A stretch of DNA of 64,000 nt from NCBI RefSeq assembly GCF_001194135.2, contig NC_068985.1, positions 6,782,542 through 6,846,541 of the forward strand. Reading direction: 5' to 3'. The notes beneath the pieces are model-generated. The model saw nothing but the letters and a program-made list of their open reading frames with translations. It was not told the DNA's origin and did not search any database. Source of the stretch: Octopus bimaculoides (lineage: Eukaryota). The translations under genes and the position numbers were made by a program. Below, piece after piece: positions 13,252 through 25,170 of this stretch. Position 1 is the stretch's first letter. Every line of letters starts with the position of its first letter.

Positions 13252-13917
13252 CTATATTTCAAGTTTCCCACCTAAACAGTGATTAAAAGCTTTAACCAAT
13301 ATACCATATCTATACTCTTGTTTTATGAAATGTCTCAACAGTAAATTTATTCTATACAAAAATTTATTAGCATTATTTATAATGGTACAATATCTGACAA
13401 TTTGCCCTGCAAAAACCCCATAACCAATAAAAGAAGGAATTCTACTACTAAACCATGGCATTGAAGCCACTTAGAGACCAAAATCTTCTGTTTTAATATA
13501 AATGTCAGTACATATTTCACTATTATCTTTAATTAATAAATTTACATCTAAATAATTAATATTCCTTATATTGTTAGCATTTCTCGTGGCTATAAGCTCA
13601 TTAGGGCATATCTTCCTGAATGAAAATTCAAAGAAACCTTAATTGGGTATAAAAATATCATCCATATATCTGCAGCATCCATTAAGCTGTTTAAGTAAAT
13701 CAATCTTTTACCTCGCAAATAGATCTTTAAGAAAAAGGAACTCACATGAAGAAAGATAGAGGTCAGCCGACAGAGGGCTACAATTGCAATCTATTGAAAT
13801 TCCCCTAATCTGTTCAAATACCCTACCCGCAAACATAACAAATGATTTATTACTAATAAGGCTAATCATTTTTCTTTTTCATCTTTCTTTTACTGATATT
13901 AGTATATCCCTTTTAAA

Positions 13918-13920
<3 letters not shown>
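13252..13920 (-). mobile_element. Penelope-like reverse transcriptase C-terminal half (Naiad-like), pseudogenised
   Basis: One reading frame: FVMFAGRVFEQIRGISIDCNCSPLSADLYL...RYMDDIF (YMDD 13657-13668)...ICPNEL...NYLD...SRIPSFIGYGVFAGQIVRY...KQEY. In-frame stops at 13879, 13708, 13639 and 13471. The 5' end runs into (TA)n and a gap. Confidence 0.85.
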
Positions 13921-13949
<29 letters not shown>

Positions 13950-16900
13950 NNNNNNNNNNNNNNNNNNNNNNNNNNNNNNNNNNNNNNNNNNNNNNNNNNN
14001 NNNNNNNNNNNNNNNNNNNNNNNNNNNNNNNNNNNNNNNNNNNNNNNNNNNNNNNNNNNNNNNNNNNNNNNNNNNNNNNNNNNNNNNNNNNNNNNNNNNN
14101 NNNNNNNNNNNNNNNNNNNNNNNNNNNNNNNNNNNNNNNNNNNNNNNNNNNNNNNNNNNNNNNNNNNNNNNNNNNNNNNNNNNNNNNNNNNNNNNNNNNN
14201 NNNNNNNNNNNNNNNNNNNNNNNNNNNNNNNNNNNNNNNNNNNNNNNNNNNNNNNNNNNNNNNNNNNNNNNNNNNNNNNNNNNNNNNNNNNNNNNNNNNN
14301 NNNNNNNNNNNNNNNNNNNNNNNNNNNNNNNNNNNNNNNNNNNNNNNNNNNNNNNNNNNNNNNNNNNNNNNNNNNNNNNNNNNNNNNNNNNNNNNNNNNN
14401 NNNNNNNNNNNNNNNNNNNNNNNNNNNNNNNNNNNNNNNNNNNNNNNNNNNNNNNNNNNNNNNNNNNNNNNNNNNNNNNNNNNNNNNNNNNNNNNNNNNN
14501 NNNNNNNNNNATATATATATATATATATATATATACACATGGGTGTGTGTTTGTGTGCATATATATGTGTGAATATATATGTGTGTGTGTATGTGCGTGA
14601 AAGTGTATGAATGTGTTTATGTTTATATTTATTTATGAGTGTATATGTATTATGACAGATGAAATTAGAAAGAGAGATAATATGTAATCATAAAACCATC
14701 TTCACGACTGGTGATTGAACAATTACATGAAGTCGTGAAGTCCCTACAGATATTTATTTACGTTTCATTATGTTATGTTGTTTTCTCTGTAATTAATTAG
14801 TTAAGTCTAAACATATAAGAATTATGTCTATCTCGAGATAATGACAAATGTCATGGCATTCAATTTATACTGGAAGGAGAGGTAGCATTTGAATAGATTT
14901 AATTTAATATATATCTGCATGTTAATTAAGTAAAGTAATTTAAAGTATTAATTTAACTGATTATATATTTCTAGAGATACATGATAACCATATGTGTGTG
15001 TGTGCGCGTGTGCGTGCATACATTTATATATATGTTGCGGAATGGAGTAGATAAGATATTGGTTACATATGTGTTTCAGACTGAGCAGAACCTCAGAAGT
15101 GATAGATATTTTCCGTGAAATATAAAAAGAACTTCTATCAGTTTATCGTGCATCTATACGGGAAAAATCCACAAACTTCCGTCTCAAATAAACAACTATT
15201 GTTCCCCAAAGAAATACTACAATATCTATTTCAAAACACGATTTCACATCAGTAATCTTGTAATATTCAATATATACAATATAAACATATTTATGTATAT
15301 GGATATATGCATGTGTTTATAAAAGTATGTATTTATACGATATTATAAACAACATTATCGCCTTTGTCTAAGCTGTCTTTAACTTCCTCCGTTTAGTAGA
15401 TTCGACTTTGCCTTTCATCATTTCGCTATCGATACAATAATTACCTGTTGAACACTGGGGTTGATCTAATCCACTTATCCTTCTCTCAAAATTAATGGTC
15501 TAGCAAAGACTTTTGTAGCCAATATTACAATATATGGTTACTATAATCGTTATGAGGAGAATAAAATTTCAAATGTCTCCTTGCATATTCACAGTGCCGT
15601 TAAATCTTATTAGAACGAAGTAATTCGATAAGCTTCTAAGTAGGGGCTTTTGTTGATTCCTTTGGAATGTCTCCCGTGGGGAGCTGAAAGAAGGTAAATG
15701 CTTTTCTTTTTTGAAATCATTTCTTTCATTATTCATACTTTCCTATGTGTGTTCATTGATAGTTCATCTTCAATCCTGTAACCACTTTCCGTTATTATGA
15801 CAGCCAAGCGGATAATTAATCACCCGTTGCTAGCGCAATGACCAGTCACAAAACAACCGAACTAAATATTTTAATTCATCCCGGCAGACCCGAGCAAGAT
15901 TGTCCAAATCCCATTCTATAGGGATTCTGGACACCATCGCTTTTTAGAGGTGATCGCGGTAAAAACCCATGTTTCAAGTGTATTGCGTCTCTTTAAGCAA
16001 ATCAAGATATGGATGTATAAATCTAAACAAATGTTGTGTTTTTTTTTTGTTTATTATTTTTTGTATTAACTAGAAATTGCCAAACCAATTGCTTCGAACG
16101 GTCAGCCAAAGAGAAATCACACGTCCACATTGAATGAATCCAATAGCAAATATAATTATATGTTATAGACCGGGAGTATACTGATCTTTATCGTATTTGG
16201 ACTTTGAAGTATTCTTTCTCCAGGTAGTCGTTGTGTCTTCACAAGACACTCAGTTTATTAGTAAAAGAAACCTTTGCGATACCTTGATGTTTTGACTGGG
16301 CTGTGTCTCTCAGTGCAAACCTACCACCTTATTATTGGATGTATATAAACGTATTGACATTTTTTTTATAGCAATAAGCATATCAAAAATCATTATCTGA
16401 TGGCCACTGAATCCGTCTAACCGATACAATTTATGAACATACGAAATTATGTGCGTGTAAAATTTATGTACTGAGCACAAGCAGGAAAACGATGATATAT
16501 CTATTCAGATATCAGATATCTACACTGAAGCACGTGAATCAAAAGAATATCCTATCAATATATTCCTAGTTCTTTCTCGGTATCTTGAACGTTAATATAC
16601 TGATCGCTGTTTCTCCACTTAGACGAGGTTTATGCACCGTGCATTCTATATATTGTCGCCAGGGACGGGGTGATTCGTTGCGTTACTGTGTTCTGGTATG
16701 GTCGTGTCTCTTCAGTATAAAATATGTTCCGGATAATAATTCAAACGGTGTAGTTTGAATTATTACCCGGTGTAGCTTATTGAAAAAAAAAACAGCAAGC
16801 AAGATATCTTGTGATGCGTGTTGATCATAGTCAATATCATCACTTGCCCGCAGCACAGATAGATACAACACAATCACATATATCTTCGTTCTTATTTAGG

Positions 16901-18559
16901 GACTACCAGAGCAGATCATGAATTACAAAGCTCTATTCTATTTTGCCTTAGAACATCTACTTCATGTAGACGAATTTCATTTCATAACATGTTCTATTCA
17001 TGAACGTCAAAAGACAATGGGCTACTACAGAGTTTTGCCCTGGATGTGTCAATTAATTCCAAACAATTAATTAATCTAACCAAGATTGAGGACCATGGTT
17101 CAAATAAATCAACAAACACATTATTTGTCTATGTGTGTTGAGGAGTTCCAAAAGAATGACTCATAACGTACACACAAAAACAGAGAAATTTAAACATTGA
17201 CGTACCTATCCATTCTTTATACATTTTGGTAGACCCGGACGTAATTGAAATAATTGCAGTTCTGTTGGTAAAAATCGAAGAACATCTTCACGACTTAGAC
17301 GATTGGTGTTGACAGCATTCTTGTTTAGTTGATATAAGTGGACATTGTAACAGCGAAAAGCTAAACAAAAGGACCTAATTTATAGAAAGAAGTAAGCTAT
17401 TTGCTGATATTCGTTGATGATTCACCATCCAATATCATTTTATTAGAGAAATTCAAATCGATGAAGTAATACGCTGTGGCATCCTGAACGCATATATAGT
17501 AATCGCTGTGTTCATATAGGCTTGGGGAACATTTCTCTTCCTTTTAAACAATGTTTGTTCATCGCACACTCGATACATTGACAAAAGATTAATTTGTAAT
17601 ACTGAAGTTAAACAAGATTAGTGCACCATGTAAATAGGAATTGGAAATCAAATTATTTGCTGACGTGTGCTGATGTTAGCAAAAAGGATAATGAATCATC
17701 GCTTGCATGCAGAATAGCGAGGATAAATATGACGTATTTATTCAGTCTTAAAACAATTGTACAAACCCCATCGTGTATAAACTCATCCAATTATTGTTCT
17801 TCATCCTCTTCGGCGAACATCTATCTTAAAAAGACGGAAAGAAACTTTCATTGATGTAAAGAAAGTGTTAAGTGACTGTATTGTTTTTTGGTTGGTGTGT
17901 ATTTTCCGTCAAAATTGCACCCACATTAACGGACCTAAACGTGAATACTAACATTTATTTATAGAATTTAGCACGCACATTATTTCTCAGTCCGTGCTGA
18001 AAGCTTCCATGCCCATGATTATAGCTTCGTTGCACGCAGACAGACAGAAATAAAGCTAATTATATATATCTTAATCCTTAATATCTTCTAATTGAAAAGT
18101 ACGGGTATTGCTAACAGTAGAATTATTTCGCCTTCCATGTATTCCCCGTCATTTAATCGAAGTGTACTCACATGGTACTCCAGTCATTGACTTAAGACGA
18201 CTTTGAGACGCCGAAGAAATTTGACCAAGTTGTGTCTGCTTTGTCAATGCTACCCTTTGATGATTGCAAGTATATAGAAGTAGTGATTCTTCTTTTGTAC
18301 TATATAAACCAACAATTAAATATCTGCGTGTTGAAAGATACTACATCAGTTAATAAGTTCCTAAAAACCCTGGAGAATATATACGATGTCGTACTTATTA
18401 ATCTCTTAGTACGTTTTGACGGACACGAACGTCAATTCCTTAACCATTAGCATATTTCGAAATCAGAGACATCTCCCTTTCGTCGATGTTTCTTCAGAAC
18501 ACATTTAATACATTTACCGGGATTTGTGACACTACACAATAATATTAAGTACTGTCTCG

Positions 18560-18790
18560 ATTTGCAGGAATCATATGGTAAGTTACCCGGTTTCTATGCT
18601 GTATAAGTAACTGACATCACACCTATACCTGCTGAACCGGACGCCATCTTGTCGAAGGTAATTACCTTACAGCTAAGTAGACTGGTGCAATGTGAAATAA
18701 AATGTTTTACTCAACAGCACAACGCAATGTCGGGATATGAAAACCATGATTTTGCAAACGTGAGTGCAATCACTTAATCACCAGAGCTCA
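18560..18790 (-). mobile_element. Degenerate tRNA/CORE-like SINE inserted into the tandem array
   Basis: Reverse complement has a tRNA-like head followed by gttgtgctgttgagtaaaacattttatttcacattgcaccagt. Same family as 36920-37182. It accounts for the enlarged 508-bp unit spacing. Confidence 0.55.
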
Positions 18791-19999
18791 CACCTAAACT
18801 AGAAGAATGCTCTCTCTTATGTATGAATTCAAGCACATACATTATTTGCTATTGTGCACTAACGAAATTCACGTGCAGACAGGATAATGAGAATCAAATG
18901 AATGACGTTTCTATACATTTTTAATAAGTCTTAGCAGACGCTATCGTGAGTTTCATAGTCGTTGTTCTATTTCGTTTTTCGGAGAAAATCCGTCCCTAGA
19001 AGTTTTGTATTCACATATCATTCGAATCATTTATATAAACCCACTAAAAGAGAGAAAACATTTTAGAATTCGTCGTCTTTTACTCAGATCTATACACTGG
19101 GCAAGGAATCTAACCAAGAGTTGCGGGTTTTCGTCGTACAATGTGCAACCAGTTTGCTAACGTGTATCGATGTAACTTTTCAGGTGTTGGCAAAGTATAT
19201 ATTTATTTGATCTTAATACGTTCTGGGAGATCAGAGTCTAAACGTACTAAAGACTGTTGTATTCGCATTTCGGAGAATGTCTCCCTTAAGGTGATTCTTG
19301 TTAAACACACTCCCTATTCTCAGATGTAAAAGAATTTTGAGGCACTGATGTGTTTCGACTTTGTTTTTTTTTTCTGTTAACGCTAACCCTGGATCAATGG
19401 ATCTAAAGAAGATTAATGGCTCTTGGTAATAAAATTTTGCAAACAAATTAATTGTTGGAGCGTACTGATGTCTGCCAAACCGATAATAATTCATCATGTG
19501 CGCGCAGAATAGCTGAAATCAAAGCACCGGTTTTTCTTTTCATTCTTAATGCGTTCTGGCAAACACGAACCTGAATATACTAGTCGCTATTGTAATTGGA
19601 ATTCGAAGGTTATCCACTCCTTTTAGTCGTTGTGTGTTCACATCTCTGTTCATTCACCGAACAACTGTTTGTGATGCTGAGGTTGAGATACTGTCTGTGT
19701 CTCTTCAGTCAATGCTGCCCTTGATCAATAAAGCTAAACCAATAAAATACTTTTTTTTTAAAGGAATCACTGAACACATTATATGCTAGGGTATGCAGAA
19801 TTCATCATGTTTAGGCAAAACAGCGACAAATAAATCAGTGCTATTTCTATGCATTCTCAGAGGCTTCTGGCAGTCCAGATCAACAATATATTAATCGAGG
19901 TTTTATTTGGTCCTCTACTTACTCAATTTGGTCCTCCAACTTACTCTAGAAAAGTAACATTTTTAAATCTCACAACGTGAGATATTCAGCAACCGTACT

Positions 20000-20218
20000 T
20001 TGTAGTAAAGCTTGTTTGCCAACATAACCCAGAGATCGCGATACACAGATATTGTTTTGAGCTGAGTGGGGGGTGCTAGATTCCCTTGTTCGAAGATATA
20101 AGGACACAGATCGTGTCGTATAGCCAGCCGGAGACAATGTCTTCTGGGGCTAAATTACAGCAACATTATTCCTAAACCAGGACTGCCGTGTTATGTTGGC
20201 AAACAATTTTTACTACAA
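20000..20218. mobile_element. MITE-like element with 29-bp terminal inverted repeats
   Basis: ttgtagtaaagcttgtttgccaacataac (20000-20028) vs gttatgttggcaaacaatttttactacaa (20190-20218), 2 mismatches. Possible 2-bp CT target duplication. Confidence 0.55.
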
Positions 20219-22243
20219 CTGACTCTAGGTGTGAGTTTTCAACACAGCTTTTCGTGATTAAAAGCAATTTGGGACCCATCAGTTGTTTGGAGGTTTCCGT
20301 TTTGTCAAACCTACCCCCACTTCGATGCACCAGAACATGTATAATGCTACGTCATTACACAAATCAACAAAGAAGGTACAGGGACGTGCACGCGTCTGCA
20401 ACAACTGATAATAATCCGGACGTATAGCATAACCGAGTTAATCGATAGTATGTCTATTCATCATTAACCTTTGTGGCAGTCCCAGGGAGGAATATAGCAA
20501 TCCCTGTTTTATTTGAACTTCGGAATACATCTTCATTTCGAATGGTGTGTATTCGCAAATCATTTGATTTATTGACAACGGAGTTAAAGACGACCAAAGG
20601 TTTTTAGTTGTAAAAATCAGTAAATAAAACATTCACTGGTTCCCGATGATGTTTGCCAATGCTATAATAATTCATTGCTTGCTCGAAGAACAAAGAGAAT
20701 CTGATCAATAATGCACTGATTCATTCTGGCAGGCCGAGTGTACATATATATAATGTTGTTTTATTTCGTCTTCAGAGAACATCTCCTTTAAGATGTTATG
20801 TGTGCACAGAACATTCCATTCATCGACGTAAGGTGACTTTGACAGAACATTGCTTTTCAACTTTACTGTGTTTATTGAAAGTTACACCAGGAAAGACGAA
20901 TCTAAACAAGATTAGTGGCTATATTTTAGCAATAAGCAGGAAACAGCTGAAGGGTGGTGATGTCTGTGAAACCGATACAAATTCATGATATGTAAGGAGA
21001 AGTGAGCAAATCCAGAAGATGATGTAACTATTAAATCTTTATACATCGTGGCAACCCTAATTGTGAGTATTTTGTTCACGGTTGCACTTCGTTTTCGACG
21101 AACATCTCACTTTGGAAGATGTGTGTTCACAACATAAGCAACGTACCAACGAAGAGCGAATTTGAGAAACCACGGTTAATAACACGTTTCGTCTTTCCAC
21201 TCAAAGTCACGCAAGGAACGATGAAAACAAACAGCAAACAAATTATTTTCTTAAGCATCCTGCTGTTTGCCAAACCGATAATAACAATTTAGAAGGCGCA
21301 ACAGAAAGTCAATCAAAAGAATGTTGCATCGAACCATTTATAATACATTCTAGTGGACCTGAAAGTGAATATAATAAGCGTTGTTCTATTTTCTTCGGAG
21401 ATATTTTTAACAAATGTGGGCTCACAGCACACGTGATTCATTGACATAAGGGAACTTTACAGGACTGTGGGGTTTCTACCTATATTCGTCCTCCAATTAA
21501 TATACTTCAAGAAGTATCATGGCAGTTCTTTAAGAAGACAAGGAAATAATTTAAAACATCTTTAATTACCATTTGCAATTGTCTCTGTACCGCTCTGCAT
21601 TGCACTCCATTGTACTAGAGTGGTACTTCATCAAACTTGCATCAATGTGTGCGTTCTTTGTGCAAAACAGCAAATATTACGTAAATTTTTACAAACGGCT
21701 CTTGCGTGCAATGGCGTTAAGTACAGAAATATATGAATCTAATCATGTCCTAAATTCTTTTTTTTTTTTTTTTTCGCTTATGGGAATTACATTTTACTCC
21801 TCGGNNNNNNNNNNNNNNNNNNNNNNNNNNNNNNNNNNNNNNNNNNNNNNNNNNNNNNNNNNNNNNNNNNNNNNNNNNNNNNNNNNNNNNNNNNNNNNNN
21901 NNNNNNNNNNNNNNNNNNNNNNNNNNNNNNNNNNNNNNNNNNNNNNNNNNNNNNNNNNNNNNNNNNNNNNNNNNNNNNNNNNNNNNNNNNNNNNNNNNNN
22001 NNNNNNNNNNNNNNNNNNNNNNNNNNNNNNNNNNNNNNNNNNNNNNNNNNNNNNNNNNNNNNNNNNNNNNNNNNNNNNNNNNNNNNNNNNNNNNNNNNNN
22101 NNNNNNNNNNNNNNNNNNNNNNNNNNNNNNNNNNNNNNNNNNNNNNNNNNNNNNNNNNNNNNNNNNNNNNNNNNNNNNNNNNNNNNNNNNNNNNNNNNNN
22201 NNNNNNNNNNNNNNNNNNNNNNNNNNNNNNNNNNNNNNNNNNN

Positions 22244-22308
<65 letters not shown>

Positions 22309-22784
22309 AATAATTAATTTATCATCATCAGCTAGAACTTAACTGTCAACTGGTTTTAATTCTTAGTAGACGTTGTATAGTAGCTGCATTACATCTTTTG
22401 GTTGTGATAAGGACATATATAAATGTTGTAGCTAAATTACCATCTCATGACACCCACTGCTATTCTCTTCTCCCGGTCCAAATTATAGTTGGTGTATTTT
22501 TCTCTCTAAGTTCATTCTGCTACAGTGGTAGCAACATGTAATTCTTTCATTCTCTAATTCTGGTGAAATATTTCCTATAAATTATAATGGAGTGTCTTGT
22601 ATATTGAAAACGTATAATTTGCATCCGAATGTGGTGGTATATTTGAAATTGATGTAATGCTTGCATTGTTCGATTACACGGAGCCGCCTGAAACGGCCAT
22701 AATGTATTAATACTTTCACATTCTTGTTGCTTATTTGCTTTTTATATAAATAAAGCAAAGAAGAAGTTTTAGTCGTATGTATTG

Positions 22785-23110
22785 ACACCAGTACTTACTT
22801 TTTATAAGCCTAGCACGTATTCTATCGGTCTCTTTTGCCGAACCAATAGGTCACGGGGACATAAACCCACCAGTACCGGTTGTCAGGCGGTAGTGAGGGG
22901 TTTAACAGAGACACAAAGACACATACACTTAGATAACATATACATATATATATATTTATACAACGGGACCCTTCCAGTTTCCGTCTACCAAATCCACCCA
23001 CAAGACTTTGGTTGGCCCGAAGCTGTAGTACAAGACACTTGGCCAAGGTGCCACTCAGTGGGACTGAACCTAGGAACATGTGACTGAGATGCAAGTTTCT
23101 TACCACACGG
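22785..23110 (-). mobile_element. Bipartite tRNA-derived SINE (A+B), reverse
   Basis: Reverse complement of the 9371-9827 element, including the internal TA tract. Confidence 0.8.
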
Positions 23111-24414
23111 TCAAATATAACTCCACTTTTCCATCCACCTCCCCATCCTCCTCGTCCTCCTCGCTATCATCATCAGCAGCAGCAGCATCAGATACATAAA
23201 ATGTACCACTGCCAATGATGATGCAGCCATTTTTGTTTGGCTACTGTGTACAGATTACTGGAAACTGAAAACTACACACACCCTCTTCCGTCTTTGCCAG
23301 GGCTTTGTACGAGAAATTAGGAATTTCTTGCGTATAATAACCACATAGCCGAAGCCGAAATACTGCAGTTCCTTATAGCAAATTTGATGAAATGATTCTT
23401 TACTCATAAATGAGTGCCATAAATATTGTCTAGATTTTGATGCGGAATATCTTCACGACTTGATACTGACACATGTATAATTTTCTCAAATTATCAGTGT
23501 TAAACCTATCTTAGGCGATAGATAGCAATCTTGCAAGAGTGAGAAACAGTTGAGCTGAATTTGCCTGATGTTTCTAATGATAGAAATTAATACAGGATCC
23601 ATAATCTTAAATATTGTAAGTTATATATATATACAAATCAATGCCATGAAAGAGAAGCAATCGATATGAAAATCAAATGTATGCGTATTACATAAGTCCT
23701 TTATAAGAGAATATAATACTCACTAAAATGCAACGAACGTAACAATTTTCTAATATGACATATTTAGATAGATCACTAATATAAGATATCGCTAAGTATT
23801 CATTAAATAACCCGGAGAAACTGAAACAAATCAGGTTCCGGAGGAAATAAGATAGCGCTAAAATTCGTCAAGTCTATATGAAATATGATAGACAGGAGTA
23901 AATTATTTTACATAATTTGAAGCAATGCTACAGCATCGTTGCATTATGAATAATGTTTATTGCCGGAACGATGTTAAAACTGCTGGTGATATCCACGTAT
24001 TACAAGAGATTACACTTCATGGATTGTTAGCAATACTAAAGATAAGTTCGGATCCACTTAGAAGTGTGTCATTATAAGAGCTGCCGATTCTATGCAAAAA
24101 GAAATGAAAATCAAGATCTCTGGATTCATAGAAATAAATTGCAAGTTCTATTCACAGTGAAATATCCAGCAGCCACACAATGATTGGGAATCTGTGTTTG
24201 ACAGAGTAATTACAAGGATAATGTCGCTTAAAATATGGGTCGATAGGAGCCACTGATGCTCCTAACCGCTAGAAGGTCTCTAATCAAAATGCATTTTGGT
24301 TTAAACCATGCGAAGTCTTAAAATTCGGCATTTTCTATATCGATCGCTATATCTACCGATATTTATATCTATAAATACATATAGCTATCTGTATCTATTT
24401 CTAATATTCTCTTT

Positions 24415-24565
24415 TTCCTTGTCTTGTTTAAGTCATTTGACTGCAACCAAGCTGGAGCACCGCCTTCAGTCGAACAAATCGACCCCAGGACTTACCTAGT
24501 ACTTATTCTATCGTTCTCATTTGCCGAACCGACATCAGTTGTCAAGTGACAGTGGTGGAACAAAG
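24415..24565 (-). mobile_element. SINE B module, reverse, internally deleted
   Basis: agtcatttgactgcaaccaagctggagcaccgccttcagtcgaacaaatcgaccccaggactta is the reverse complement of the B tail. Confidence 0.75.
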
Positions 24566-24573
24566 ACAGACAC

Positions 24574-24608
<35 letters not shown>

Positions 24609-24789
24609 NNNNNNNNNNNNNNNNNNNNNNNNNNNNNNNNNNNNNNNNNNNNNNNNNNNNNNNNNNNNNNNNNNNNNNNNNNNNNNNNNNNNNNNNNNNN
24701 NNNNNNNNNNNNNNNNNNNNNNNNNNNNNNNNNNNNNNNNNNNNNNNNNNNNNNNNNNNNNNNNNNNNNNNNNNNNNNNNNNNNNNNNN

Positions 24790-24992
24790 TGTTTGAGTGT
24801 CTGTGTTTGTACCCCCAACATCGCTTGACAACCGACGCTAGTTTGTTTAGGTCCCCGTAACTTAGCGGTTCCGCAAAAGAGACAAATAGAAGAAGTACTA
24901 GGCCTACAAAGAACAAGTCCTGGGGTCAATTTGCTCGACTAAAGGCGGTGCTCCAGCATGGCCACACTCAAATGTCTGAAACAAGTAAAAGA
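24790..24992 (+). mobile_element. SINE B module
   Basis: ccaacatcgcttgacaaccgacgctag...ggcggtgctccagcatggcc...gaaacaagtaaaagag. Confidence 0.8.
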
Positions 24993-25004
24993 GTAAATGT
25001 GTAT

Positions 25005-25170
25005 ATATACGGCGGGTTTCTTTCAACTTCCGTCTAACAAATCCACTCTCAAAAGCTTTAGTCTACCCGAGACTATGGTAGAAGACACTTTCCCAATGTG
25101 TCACGCAGTGTGACTGGATCCGGAATAATGTGGTTGAGAAACAAGCTTCTTACCATACAACCACGCATGG
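25005..25170 (-). mobile_element. SINE A module (tRNA head), reverse
   Basis: Reverse complement of the 9371-9535 head and core. Confidence 0.7.

Larger units (their letters stand above)
16070..21800. repeat. Highly diverged tandem array of ~300-330-bp units (at least 12 recognisable)
   Basis: Block A (gttgttctatttcgtcttcggagaacatctccctt) at ~16936, 17794, 18122, 18453, 18961, 19255, 19585, 20505, 20755, 21081 and 21380. Block B (tgatgtctgccaaaccgataataattcat) lies ~110-125 bp upstream of A at 17671, 19466, 20647, 20958 and 21261. Confidence 0.75.

Noticed and set aside
13879-13881. In-frame TGA in the Naiad-like RT as selenocysteine
   Set aside because: The same frame has three TAA stops, the position does not look like a conserved Cys, and I could not identify a SECIS.
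16070-21800. Tandem death-domain interpretation of the array peptide (EW..L...FSEDEI...LL..W)
   Set aside because: The two tryptophans are ~58 residues apart versus ~35 in death domains, and the frame between blocks is inconsistent across units.
16070-21800. CRISPR-like or pre-miRNA-cluster reading of the array
   Set aside because: The DNA is eukaryotic, the repeats are degenerate with homologous spacers, and there are no cas genes. Only 6-7-bp hairpins were found per unit, not 55-70-nt precursors. Small-RNA data would be needed to exclude miRNAs fully.
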